From the NCBI RefSeq assembly GCF_009914755.1, contig NC_060928.1: a stretch of 64,000 nt of DNA, one strand, 5' to 3'. Numbering within the stretch: the stretch's first letter is position 1; the number at the start of each line of letters is the position of its first letter. The position numbers and the translations under genes are program-made. This document shows positions 13,567 through 26,311 of the stretch, piece after piece. The notes under the pieces were generated by a model. The model was not told the origin of the DNA. It saw only the letters and a list, made by a program, of their open reading frames with translations, and did no database searches. Source of the DNA: the human T2T-CHM13v2.0 reference genome, Homo sapiens.

Positions 13567-14420
13567 TTATAATTTGTACACTAAAAAATATCTATGAGAT
13601 AATTTTACACAAATGAATAAATGCAATTATAAGGAAATCAGGGTTTCTGATTTTTAAAAAATTACACAAATTAGAAATGAATTAGGAAGAAAACATCAAA
13701 AATTGACAAGGACTATTATTTCCAATGAAAATATAACTATTTAAAGCTACTCTTTTGAATTACTATGCATTAAAATGATTATTCTCATCATTGACTATAG
13801 AAGTGTAGTAAATTTTGAAATATTACTGATATATTAAGTAAAAAAAGCTTATTACAAGGCAGTGTGATCTCAATTTCAAATATTTTACATTGAGTACAAT
13901 TTTTATAAGCACATATTAAATAATCTTTGTTGAGCTGGAGATGATTTTTATTGCTTTGTGTGTCTATGTATTTTTACAACTTTCATCTATATTGATGCAT
14001 TAAATCAGAAAAACAATTAAATTAATTTTTTTATTGTTTGGATTAGCAAATGTGATTCAGAAAGTCATTCTACATGGTTTAACTACAATAGTGGAGGTTG
14101 AAATAAAGGATATACCGGTGAAAGAAGGTATGAATAACCCAGTGTTTTAGTCTTATTCTTTTGTCTATTCCAAAATTCCAAGTCTTAATTTACCTAAATA
14201 TAATGTTCTTTTAAACAGATGTTTCTAGCTTGTCAGGGAAATAAATTTGTGTTTATGTGGATCAATTGCACTGTGTAGCTGATAGGATGAACTCTGCTTT
14301 TGAGGAATTAAATAGTAAAAAAGTTGGAGATAAAATAGTTTACTTAATTATTCTTTGTTTTAAAAATAAGCTGATATTTATTTTACATTATTTACTCTTA
14401 TATCTACAAAAGTGATCTTA

Positions 14421-15183
14421 CTGAGAAAGGAGCTACACTCTTTGCTAAGAGGTTAACACTCATCAGGACACCCTGGCTATGGAGAGGAGCTACCCTCTAC
14501 GGGTCTCCTCCAAGCTGTTCTATTGCTCCATAAAGCTCCTCTTCATCTTGCTCACCGTCAACTTGTCTGTGTACCTCATTCTTCCTGGTCACAGGACAAG
14601 AACTTGGGAACCACTGAAAGGTGGGGCTAAAAGAGCTTTAACATAAATGGGGCTGGAACACACCCCTTGCCCTCCATATTACAGTCAACAAGAAGGAGAG
14701 AAGAATGAAGGAGAGAAGAGCTGCAGCCCTTCGGGGACCCCAACCTAGGAGGTCCCTGAGCCAGGGTTGTGACACCCTCTTTAGGGGGCTGCAGTTCCTG
14801 GTGTCTCCGAGATTCCAGGCAAAACTGCATTACCCACATTCCCTGGTGTCAGCTGTGGAAGCTGCTTATGGTATGCCTGGTCCAGCCACAGTATCACAGG
14901 GAGCTAGTGCCTGTGCCAGCATGGAGCTGCCCACCCCACCACAGCTGGCATGCCTGGTTGTGCACAGTGGCTGCACCCCATGCTCTCTCACACACCCCTT
15001 GCTGCCACATGCATGGCTTGCCCTTGGCAGGCACGGGATCCAGGACAGTAGCATGAGCCAAATGCAGCCTGCCAGGCCTGGTGGGCGAAAGGAGCCCAGT
15101 GAGCCAGAGCAAAACTCAGGCAGAGGTGCCACTGGCCACAGAGGTTTCTGGCTGGCAAAGCAACACGCAAGGATCTCATAACA
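14421..15183 (+). mobile_element. ERV1 LTR, MER52/LTR1/LTR27 group, 3' portion
   Basis: GC-rich island with ggagaggagctaccc, ataaagctcctcttcatcttgctcacc, gtacctcattcttcctgg, gcaaaactcaggcagaggtgccactggccacagaggtttc, ending ...cataaca. Confidence 0.82.
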
Positions 15184-17249
15184 AAATTACACATAAATGC
15201 CACTTAAGCAACTTTTAACCCTTCTTTTTTTTTTCTTTTTGTTAACAAACTAAGGGGAAATGGAGAACAAGCAAGAGAAGATAGAATGTTTCTTTCCTGG
15301 AGAGTTCCCTCAGGTTCTCTCTAATGAAAAATTGCAGAAATTTAACTCAGGAGTAAGCTAGGAAGACATGGAACTTTGGACCAAATTGATGGATTCACCT
15401 CAAATATCAGCTAGGAGAAGAGGAGAACTCACAAATTATTTTGCTAATAATGGCCAGTTTTTGAGATGGAGGCTGTGAAAATCTAAGAATGTGGATTGAT
15501 AAGTTCGGAAATAACTGAATACATATAAATAAATTGTAAATAAAGTTATGGACTTCAGTTGGTATGCAATGCCAGATGATAATACAATTAACTAACGAAT
15601 TAGCAAATAGGATAATATGTTAATATGTTATATCTCTACATTCTGGTCTTGTTCTCCAGGCTTTGGAGACCTAACATGATGTCCTACTTTGTATATATGA
15701 AGTAAATATGTATAATAGGTGACCGTGACATTGTATTCCAGCAATCTCTTGGTCCTGCCCTTTTTTTCTATCCTATTTTAATACATATAACCATAGCTTA
15801 ATCTTATTTAGACTTTATTTGTTCTACTAAGTAATACTTTGTGAGAGTGGTCTGATCTCTAGAATATTTGTGTTTATTATTAAAACTAATTTCTATTTCT
15901 TGTTTCTCCAAGTATATGTGTCTGTTTTTCTACCCTTTTATGTTATTTGCATTCAAAACATTTCTAGGTCAGTTTCATAGATTTCTTAACATCAAGTTAT
16001 ATTTCAAACACTGGAAACATAATAATCTTCCAATCTGGAAAGTACTAGAAGTCATAATATATTCTTTTAAACAATTTTCATTCAGATCAGAAACAAGATT
16101 ATTTCACTTTGCTGTTCTAAAGTCGTAATTTGAGTCCCATACAAAGTGTCTTATATTTTAACTCATAAACATATATAGAAATTTTTGAGTCATAACTATT
16201 ATTTGACAGTAGCTTTCCTACTCATGATTAAATGTTGTTACATATGGTCCTTTTATTTTATTGGTGAGATGTATCTAAGTATTCAATACTAATTCTTAGC
16301 TATTTATGATATTTACACTACAATCACTACTACGATCTTTGATTTGCTAGTCAGTTTCCATTATTTAGGATGTGAGTATCGATCCTTTAGAATTTTCTTT
16401 GTTGTTTCATTGTTTGTACATTTTCCCCACTCTAAGTCATTTGTAGTAAATGCTATGTTGTATTTCTTCATCAAGGCTGTAGTATTGTGCAGTGTGGAGT
16501 CACGGTTCAGAAGTGCGTATGAGGCTCCCTTCTATTAAAAAATAAAAGAAACCTAATAAAGGATGCAAAGACTGAAAAATCTATGACATCGAAAGTCCAA
16601 GTGGTATTGCTTCTAGATGCCTCTCAGATTCCTCCCAAATTTTTCAGGGACTTTTCTTAAGGTAATGTTAACACAGTTGCTCTTAACTTATGTATTTTGA
16701 AGACTCATAATGATCAAACTTATCATTATTACTCTTAGAAATTACTGCAGACCCATTTAAACCTATTCTTCACTGTAATTAAAAGAACTTTAAATGAGCC
16801 CTGGCCTACTTTCACAGTTTATGTTTGCATCCTGCCTTTAAACACTGTTTGCCTCATAAAAAGTCAGCATCTATTTGTTTGTTATTCTACAATACATCCT
16901 CTAATTTATTATACCCCCTTGAGAGTTATGAGTGGTCTTCCCTAAGTATTTTGTTTCTGTGATTCATAGAGCAGTTAACCTTTAAAATTTTCTACACAGA
17001 GTCTATACCAAGCTATTTCGATATATCTACATTTGTTCAAACACTTCAATCTCCCCAGAAATAGTTTAAGATGAACTCGTGTTAATAGCATTCTAAGTTC
17101 ATGCATGAAAAAATCACATCTTTTTATTAAGAGTTTTAATAGTCACATCTTTTATAAAGTTATATCTAGTCACATATTTTTAAATTTCATAGTCACATCT
17201 TTTTATAGTTACCTACTAGTATCAGCAATCGTATACATCTCTAGGTATG

Positions 17250-17609
17250 TGCTATGGTTTGAATATGTCCCCCTTCGAAATTCAGGTGCTGCCAATGTGA
17301 TAATATTAAGAGGTGAAGGCTTTAAGACATGATTAGGCCATGTGAACTGCCCCCTTGCAAATGTGATTGAGACCCTTATAAAAGAAGTTTAACTCCATAT
17401 TTAGCTCTCTTGCTCTTCCATGTTCAATATGTGAGGATACAACATTTGTTCCTGCTGTTGAACAAAATAAGACGGCTCTCACCTGACCACAAAATGCTGG
17501 CAGCTCGGTCTTGGACTTCCCAGCCTCCAGAACTGTAAGAAAATAAATTTCTCTTCTTAATAAATGAGTTTCAAGTATTCTGTTGTAGCAGAACAAATGT
17601 ACTAAAACA
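17250..17609 (+). mobile_element. MSTD-like MaLR solo LTR
   Basis: tgctatggtttgaatatgtccccc...ttggacttcccagcctccagaactgtaagaaaataaa...tagcagaacaaatgtactaaaaca. Confidence 0.88.
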
Positions 17610-17619
17610 CAATGCATGA

Positions 17620-17838
17620 TATAATAGTGTCAACTACGGTCTTTGTCATTATTCAAGCCTGGGTTTGAAGTCAGGCTTCAGCTCATGGCTTAACGACTCT
17701 AAACCTTAATTTTATAAGCTGTATGATGGAGCCAATAATGCCAACCCACATGTTTGTAATGCCAATTAAACTAGATTACAGAAGGGAAAAGCTAACATTA
17801 TACTCAACACATCTTAGGCACTCAATAAATGATAATTC
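17620..17838 (+). mobile_element. MIR
   Basis: gcctgggtttgaagtcaggcttc...taggcactcaataaatgata. Confidence 0.65.
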
Positions 17839-18162
17839 CATCTTCTTTCTCCCTTATTTCCAACCATTTTTTCACTTCCTAAGGCTGCATTAGTGATCAC
17901 TTCATGAAAAATCATATATTTTGAATCATATTACTTTATTCAGAAATGCCTTGTATTCCTGGGGTTTCTGCTTAGGACATTGTCTCAGATTTACAACTTT
18001 AGAACAGCATAGTGAAACCATTAGAAATGGTTTCCATGTCTGGCTACCTTCTGCTGCCACATAGCTCAAGAGACTGAACATTGGTTTGGGTGTAAAATTT
18101 TTAAGGTTTTTGGTTCTAATAAACAACATGTTCCTAGGAAAATATGTTAAAAATAATTTACA

Positions 18163-19897
18163 GGGTTGGCCAATATGGCAGACTAGAATCAGTTACTGTG
18201 TGCCACTGTCACAGAAAGGAACAGGAGGGGTGAGTAAATACAGTACCTTCAACTGAAATATCCAGGAACATACATTGGGACTAATCAAGAAAATGACTCG
18301 ACCCACAAAGAATGGAGAAAAGCAAAGCAGGGCAATAGCTCACCCAAGAGCAACATGGAGCGAGGAGAACCTCCCCAACCCGGAAAAGCAGTGAGGAAAT
18401 GTGAGACATGAGAACCCACACTTCTCCCATGGATCTTTGCAACCCTCGGGTCAGGAGATTCCCTCATAAACCCGCTTCACCAGGGCCTTCAGTCTGACAC
18501 ATAGAGCTACATGGAGTCTCAGCAGAGCAGCCGTTCAGGCACGCATGGAGACCCAGATACCTGGGCTTCCTGGCAAAAGCAGCTGCAACTCTGGCAAAGC
18601 AGGAGTTGGCAAAGCAGGCAAAGACCCCTGTGCATACCCTTAGGAAAGAGGCTGGATCCAGGGGACTGAGCAGCAACAGTTTGCAGGCCCCACTTCCACA
18701 TTACCTCACAGATAAGATCTGCTGGCTTGGAGCTCCAACCTTCCACCAACAGCAGCATTACACCTCTCTGAAACAGAGCTCCCAGAAAGAGGGGTGGGCC
18801 ACTATATTTTCTGTTTGGGTGACTTAGCCATTCCAGCCTTTGGGCTTTGGAGAGTCCGGGATGACCAGGGACTGGAGCAGACCCCCAGCATAGTACCGCT
18901 GCTCTATAAAAACGTGGACAGACAACCTTTTTACAAATATAGGAAACATAGTGGACCCACATGCCCAGGCAAGAGCCTATCAACTAACCAATAAGCATAA
19001 GTGTCACTTAAAGGGTCACACTCCAAACTTTCAACACCAAAAATATCTCGCTAACATGCCCCACTGTGAAACCAAAGACAATAAGTCAGTTTCAGATAAA
19101 GACTCTACACAAATCCTCAGCCCTGTGAAAACATCCAGAAAAGAATCTATTGACAATACTCAATCTACACTGCAGTTAGAGGAATACCCACACACAGAAA
19201 TGAGAAAGAACCAATGCAAGAACTCTAGTAACTCACATGGCCAGAGTGTCTTATGTCCTCCAAATGACTCCACCAGTTCTCCAAAAAGAGTTCTTAACCA
19301 GGCTGAGCAGACTGAAATAACAGAAATATAATTCAGAATATGGATAGGAAGGAAAATCCTTGAGATTCAGGAGAATGGCAAAACCCAATCCAAGGAAATT
19401 AAGAACCACAATAAAATGATATAGGAGCTGAAGCATGAAATAGTCGGTGTCAAAAAGAACCTAACAGATCTCACAGAGCTGAAAAACACAACACAAGAAT
19501 TTCACAATGTAATCACAAGTGTTAACAACAGAATAGACCAAGCTGAGGAAAGAATCTCAGAACTTGAAGACGGGCTCTCTGAAATAAGACTGTCAGACAA
19601 AAGTAAAGAAAAAATAATAAAAAGGAACGGACAAACCTCCAAGAAGTATGGGATTATGTAAAAAGGCCAAATTTACAAATCACTGGCATCCCTGAAAGGG
19701 AGGGGGAGAAAACAAACAACTGGGAAAATGTATTTCAGGATATCCTGCATGATAACATTCCCAACATTGCTAGAGAGGCCAAGAGTCAAATTCAGGAAAT
19801 ACAGAGAACCCCTAAAAGATTCTATGAAAGATGATCATCCCTAAGACACATAAGCATCAGATTTTCCAAGGTCAAAACAAAAGAAAGAATATCAAAT
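18163..19897 (+). mobile_element. Primate L1 (L1PA13-16/L1PREC2-like) 5' UTR plus partial, stop-interrupted ORF1; 3'-truncated
   Basis: 5' end ggccaatatggcagactagaa. ORF1 ATG at 19200 reads MRKNQCKNSSNS...VLNQAE..EI*FRIWIG...RIDQAEERISELED, later WDYVKRPNL and IRFSKV. Confidence 0.92.
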
Positions 19898-21245
19898 GCT
19901 CTTGATTTGTTTGCTAATATTTTCTTAAGGAGTTCTTAATTTATATTTTTAAAAGGAATATTGGTCTTTAATATTCTAATATTCTTTTTTTTTTTTTTTT
20001 TCAGATGGAGTCTCACTGTCATCCAGGCTGGAGTGCAGTGCCATGATCTCAGCTCACTGCAACCACTGCCTCCCAAGTTCAAGTGATTCTCCTGCCTCAG
20101 CCTCCTAAGTAGCTGGGACTACAGGTGTGTGCCACCATGCCCAGCTGATTTTTTATATTTTTAGTAGAGATAGGTTTCACCACGTTAGCCAGGATGATCT
20201 TGATCTCCTGACCTCATGATCTGCCTGCCTCAGCTTCCCAAAGTGCTGGGATTATAGGTGTGAGCCACCACGCCTCGCTGGTCTTTAATATTCTTATGAT
20301 ACTTTTATCTGTCTTTGGTATCATGATAATTTTGGCCTCATAGCATTAGTTTGGAATAGTTTTCTTCTCTTCAACTTTTGTGGAAGAGTTTAAGAAATAG
20401 CAGTGTTAATTATTTAAATGTTTGGTAGAATTTACTGATGAAATTATCTAGTCCGGAACATACATTTTATGAGAGATTTTTGATGACTTCTTAATTCCTT
20501 TACTTGGTTTTTTGATATATTTTCTATTTCTTCTTCTGTTATTTTAAATAATTTGCATGTTTCAAGGGATTTTTTCACTTCTTCTAGGTTATATAATGTG
20601 TCAACCTTCATAGTCTTCCCTTACAATCCTCTGCATCTTTATAAGTTCAGTAGTAACGTTCCTGTTTTCATTTCTGATTTTAGTTATGTGCATATTCTCT
20701 AATTCTTCATTGTCATCGTAGCCAAAACTTTGTCAATTTTGTCAGTCTTTACGAAGAACCAAATTTTGGTTTCATTAATTTTCTTTATTTCTCTGTTCTC
20801 TAACCTTTATCTTTCCCTTTCTTCCGCTAGTGTTGGTTTCAGTGTGCTTTTATTCCCTAGATTTTTAAGGTATAAATTATGTTATTAATTTGATAGCTTT
20901 CTTCTTTTCAAATGTAGGAATTTATAGCTATAAATTTCTCTATGAGCAAAGCTTGCACTGCAACCCATAAATTCTGAGGTGTTGTGTTTTCATTTTCATT
21001 CATTCTGAATATATTAGTATTTCACACATGCTTTCTTCTTTCATACATTGATTGTATGAGTGTATAAATATCCACACATTTTTTCCAGATTTTCTCCTGT
21101 TATTTATTTTAAAGATTGTCACTTTGTGGTCAGAGAAGATACATTACATGATGTCTACCTTTTAAAATGTATACAGACTTGTTTTTTATCTAATGTATGG
21201 TTTACTGCAGAGCATACACCATGAGTGCTTGAGAAGAAAATAGAC
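19898..21245 (-). mobile_element. Older L1M ORF2 fragment (antisense), interrupted by an Alu
   Basis: tttgctaatattttc...ttggcctcatag...aaatgtttggtagaattt...gaagaaccaaattttgg...gctataaatttc...tgtggtcagagaagatac...gcttgagaagaa. Confidence 0.8.
19985..20278 (-). mobile_element. Alu (AluSc/Sc8-like)
   Basis: Poly-T plus Alu body. TSD tggtctttaatattct at 19962-19977 and 20279-20294. Confidence 0.94.
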
Positions 21246-21371
21246 TCAAATAGAGATCAGAGTTTCACAATAATCACTTGAGATAATTTTTGCCATACAA
21301 TTGTTACCTACATGTGGAGACAGATTCCTAGCACTTCCTGCTTCCACCATATTATCTGATATCACTGTTGA

Positions 21372-23596
21372 CATATTAGTCCATTTTCACACTGCTGATA
21401 AAGACATACCCGAGACTGAGCAATTTACAAAGGAAAGAGATTTAATGGAGAACTCACAGTTCCACATGGCTGGGGAAGCCTCACAATCATTGCAGAAGGC
21501 AAGGAGGAGCAAGTCACATCTTATGTGGATGGTGGCAGGCAAAGAGAGACCATGTGAAGGGAAATCCCATTTTTAAAGCCATCAGATTTCCTGAGACTTA
21601 TTCACTGTCACAAGAACAGCATGGAAACAGCTGCCCCCATGATCCAATTACCTCCCACCGAGTCCCCCTCCCACAACACGTGGGAATTCAAGATGAGATT
21701 TGGGTGGGGACACACCCAAACCATATCATTTCACCCCAGGGCCCTCCCAAGTCTCATGTACTCGTATTTTGAAACCAGTTATGCCTTCCCAAATGTCTCC
21801 CAAGGTCTTAACTCATTTCAGCATTAACTCAAAAATCCACAAAGTCTCATCCAAGACAAGGCAAGTCCTTTCTGCATATGAGACTGTAAAATCAAAAACA
21901 AGTTAGTTACTTCCTAGATACAATGAAGATACAGGCAGTGGGTAAATACAGCCATTCCAAATGGGAAAAATTGGCCATAACAAAGGGGCTACAAGCCCCA
22001 TGCAAGTCTGAAATACAGCAAAGCAGTCAAATCTTAAAGCTCCAAAATGATCTCCTTTGATTCCATTTCTCACATCCAGGTCACGCTGATGCAAGAGGTG
22101 GGTTCCCATGGCCTTGGGAATCTCTATCTCTCTGGTTTTGCAGGGTACAGCCTCCCTCCTGGCTGTTTCATGGGCTAGCATTGAGTGTCTGTGGCTTTTC
22201 CAGGTGCACGGTGTAAACTGTCAGTGGATCTACCTTTCTGGGGTCCAGAGGATGGTGGCCCTCTTCTCACAGCTGCACTAGGCAGTACCCCAGTAGTGAC
22301 TCTGTATGGGGGCTCTGACCCCACATTTCCTTTCTGCACTGCCCTAGCAGAGGTTCTCCATCAAGGCCCCACCCCTGCAGCAAACTTCTGCCTGGGCATC
22401 CAGACATTTCCATACATCCTATGAAATCTAGATGGAGGTTCCCAAACCTCAGTTCTTGACTTCTGTGCACTTACAGGCTCAACACCACTTGGAAGCTGCC
22501 AAGGTTTGGGGCTTGCATCCTCTGAAGTCACAGCTCGAGCTCTACATTGGCCCCTTTCAGCCATGGCTAGAGTGGCTGGGATGCAGGACATCAAGTCCAT
22601 AGGTTGCACACTGCCCTGGGACCCTGGGCCAGCCCATGAAACCCCTTTTTCCTGCTAGACCTCTGGGCCTGTGATGGGAGGGGCTGCTGTGAAGTCCTCT
22701 GGCATGCACAGAAGACATTTTCCCCTATTGTCTTGGGGATTAACATTCAGCTCCTTGTTACTTATGCAAATATCTGCAACTGGCTTGAATTTTTCCTCAG
22801 AAAATGGGATTTTCTTTCTTATCACATTGTCAGGCTGCAAATTTTCCAAACTTTTATGTTCTCCTTCCTTTGTAAAACTGAATGCCTTTAACAGCACCAA
22901 AGTCACATCTTGAATACTCTGCTGCTTAGAAATTTCTTTTGCCAGATACCCTAAATCATCTCTCTCAAGTTCAAAATTCCACAAAGCTCTAGGGCAGAGG
23001 CAAAATGCACCCAGAGTCTTTGCTAAAACATAACAAAAGTCACCTTTGCTCCTATTCCCAGAAAGTTCCTCATTTCCATCAGAGACCAGCTCAGCCTGGG
23101 CTTTATTGTTCATATTGCTATCAGCATTTTGGGCAAAGCCATTTAGCAAGTCTCTGGGAAGTTCCAAACTTTCTCACATTTTCCTGTCTTCTTCTGACCC
23201 CTCCAAACTGTTCCAACCTCTGCCTGTTACCCAGTTCCAAAGTCACTTCCACATTTTCAGACATCCTTTCAGTAGCGCCCCGCTCTACTGGTACTAATTT
23301 ACTGTATTAGTCTATTTTCAGGCTGCTGATAAAGACACACCTGAGACTGTGCAATTTACAAAGGAAAGAGGTTTAGTGGAGAACTCACAGTTCCACATGA
23401 CTGGGGAAGCCTCACAATCATGGCAGAAGGCAAGGAGGAGCAAGTCACATCTTACGTGGATGGCAGCAGGCAAAGAGAGAGCTTGTGTAGGGAAATTTCC
23501 ATTTTTAAAACCATCAGATCTCCTGGGACTTATTCACTATCAGGAGAACAGCATGGGAAAGACCTGCCCCCATGATTCAATTGCCTCCCAGCAGGT
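21372..23596 (-). mobile_element. Near full-length THE1A-like MaLR: LTR 21372-21728, internal 21729-23302, truncated LTR 23303-23596
   Basis: Two homologous LTRs (tattagtc...ctgctgataaagac) flank a ~1.57 kb internal region ending ctactggtactaatttac. The internal ORF relic 22655-23167(-) reads LPRDLLNGFAQNADS...LWNFELERDDLGYLAKEISKQQSIQ. The left LTR has the short gggaattcaagatgag form of THE1A. Confidence 0.95.
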
Positions 23597-24799
23597 AATA
23601 GTCATCTAGGTAGAGAAAATGCTGTCTACAATCTGGAAGAACACTTAATTTATAAAATATACTGGAATGTTTGCTCACATTGTCCCTTTATTTCATATAA
23701 ATGTAATCAACTTGGAGGACTTTAATAATTTGCCCAGATTAATAGGACAAGTTGGTGGTTAAATATGTTAAAGATAAATTGCTAGAACATCTCCTCATTT
23801 CACAAATAAAATAAACTGAGTCTCAAATAGTATGTAGCTTAAATCCCAGGTAGTATTCCAGCTCATTTTCAGAAAATAAAAATGAATTTTGGAAAAATGC
23901 AGCAACTTGTTTTACTTTATTATTATAATTACATAATTGGTCATATTTTATATCAAACAGTCTAAGATGAAAAGGAGCTGCTAAAATGAATGTTTGCATG
24001 TTTTTGAAAGAAAATTTACTTTAGTAGATACTAAATATTTATAAACATTAGGCTAAATGTAATTTTAAATTCTGATAGTTTGCAGTAACATATTTTTACC
24101 TCATGGAATTATAAAACCTTAAAATACTGCAGTTTTCTGCAAGGATATTTTTAAAATCTTTAAAGAACCATATGTAATGTGATGATGAAGTTGCCATGGA
24201 AATTAGGTATTAAAAACAACAAGTTATCTATTATGTATTCATAATGCTTACATAATTACATGTACATTTTATTTCCATGTTTTTAGCTTTAGATTTGTTT
24301 TTCAGAAACAATTATGTGTTTCTGTACAACTGATAAGCAGAAGTTATATATAAGAAAAAAATTATATTCCATGGGCAAGGAAAAATGAAATTTTCTGAAA
24401 ACTTAGTTTCAGCAAAAAGTAAAAACAATTAGTATTTGTAGTTATATTTTATTAATAAAAACTTTTTTGTATATTGCTTCTTTACATGAACTGAAGTACT
24501 TTCATAGCTATTTTTCTAATACCAAAATCTACCAAATAAGAAAATCATTGCTTTATCTTTTACCGTAGCAATAGATAATTATTTCTATGTACATGTGCTA
24601 ACACAATAAAACATTTCTGGCTTATTACATCGTAAGGGGTCCTAATCCGGTCCAAAAATATGCTTTGTCCTACCATAAAATACCTAGTACAACATATATA
24701 TTAGCATATTAAATATCTTAATATTTATACTTACACAATATATTTAAATTATATCAAGTTATTCTATAAATAGGTGGCAGAAAAAAATTGGTAAGAAAA

Positions 24800-25185
24800 A
24801 ATGTTTTGGGTTACTGAAATCTGTGATGATGACTCATTGATCACTGTAATAAAATTAATAAGCCAGCTACTAAAATGTTACTTGACCTGAGTAACAGAAT
24901 GTACCCCGGTTTAGATGATCTGAGTCACCACAATAGAAATTAATGAGGTCTCACTCATTTGTTAAATCTCAGCCCATTCACAGATTAGAACTGTTTCAAG
25001 ATAAAGCCAAGTCCCTCTGTTTAAGCTCCTGTAGTACTTTGAAAAGTATACACCTGGGGATAGCCTCCTTCAACAAATGGAACTGTGGAAATGTTCTAGG
25101 GTGACAAATTCTATTTGAAAAAATAGAATATCCCCAAATAAGAGATTAATAGACCCTGGATCTGAATTTACATGGGCTAAGTTTG
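24800..25185 (+). mobile_element. Highly decayed ERVL-type internal fragment (gag-pro junction)
   Basis: ttaatagaccctggatctgaatttaca (25146-25172) reads LIDPGSEFT, similar to the ERVL protease motif LLDTGSELT. The upstream tctagggtgacaaatt resembles accagggtaactgtgcattgg. Confidence 0.45.
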
Positions 25186-25525
25186 AGTACCACTAGAACA
25201 CTCATGATATTAATCCTTAAAAGTCTTTAGATATATTAATAATGGGCCTTAATTTAAAATGCAGTTATCACATAATATTCTAAATAGCTACCCTAGTATC
25301 ATTAATTATTCCATTCATTTATATTTTTAAAATAAAACCATGCATGCAAGTATAGCCTCCAAATAGAATCAAAAGTTTATATTTTACTAACAAGAATTCA
25401 TAGTATTAGTTCTACCAAAATACGTCATTTCAATACAAAAAGTATGGTTTCTGGCTTTTGCATGGAATGCAGAAATCTGCAGAGAACTCCTCACCCTCCT
25501 GAACAATAATAATAAAAAAAGAACA

Positions 25526-25705
25526 GAATGTAAAGGCTATCTGGCTGCGACATCTGTCACCTCATTGATCGCCAGGGTTGACACGGCTGATCTGGCTGGC
25601 TAGGTAGGTGTCCCCTTTCTCCCTCACCGCAGCTTCAGGAGGGATGCACCTGGAGCTGTGCTGCCCTGCTAGAACCTCAAAACAAGCTCTCAAGAAAAAA
25701 AAAAA
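25526..25705 (+). pseudogene. RN7SK: 7SK snRNA retropseudogene: nt 1-105, inverted nt ~104-132, nt ~200-240, poly-A
   Basis: gaatgtaaaggctatctggctgcgacatctgtcacctcattgatcgccagggttga...ctccctcaccgc matches the 7SK 5' end. ctgctagaacctcaaaacaagctctcaag is followed by A11, with an imperfect A-rich TSD (aaagaaca / aaaaca). Confidence 0.95.
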
Positions 25706-25888
25706 CAAAACATAATTCTCAAAAGTATAACTTTTGTGAACACATCAGAGAGTAGATGTTATAGGACAGCTGGGTATAAAATAGAAGGAATGACAGTTAT
25801 TCTCAGGGTGAGCCAGGATGAACACTGGCTCAGCCCTGGTAGGAGGAGGAGGACTTGGCTACCATACAACCAGAAGGAAGATTTCAGA

Positions 25889-25893
25889 ACACA

Positions 25894-25929
<36 letters not shown>

Positions 25930-26273
25930 TGTGTGTGTGTGTATATACATACATATGGTGGCCATACGTATGTGTATATGTGTGTATATGTGTATATGTG
26001 TATATATGTATATATGTATATAAGTGTGTGTATTTATATGCATATATGTATATATGTGTATATAATGTATATACATATATGTGTATATAATGCACATACA
26101 TATATGTGTATATAATGTATATATAATAGATATATGTATATATGTATATAAATGTATACATAATAGATATATGTATATATGTACATATATAATAGATTGC
26201 TACCAATCAGATTTCAGAACATATATATGTGTATATATGTCAATATATGTATATATATTATATATGTGTACGT

Positions 26274-26304
<31 letters not shown>
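25889..26304. repeat. Complex (AC)n/(GT)n/(AT)n microsatellite
   Basis: Alternating purine-pyrimidine tract of about 410 bp. Confidence 0.95.

Positions 26305-26311
<7 letters not shown>

Noticed and set aside
14627-15203. Cluster of overlapping ORFs up to 158 aa
   Set aside because: They lie within a GC-rich ERV1 LTR where stops are rare, and have no recognisable protein motif.
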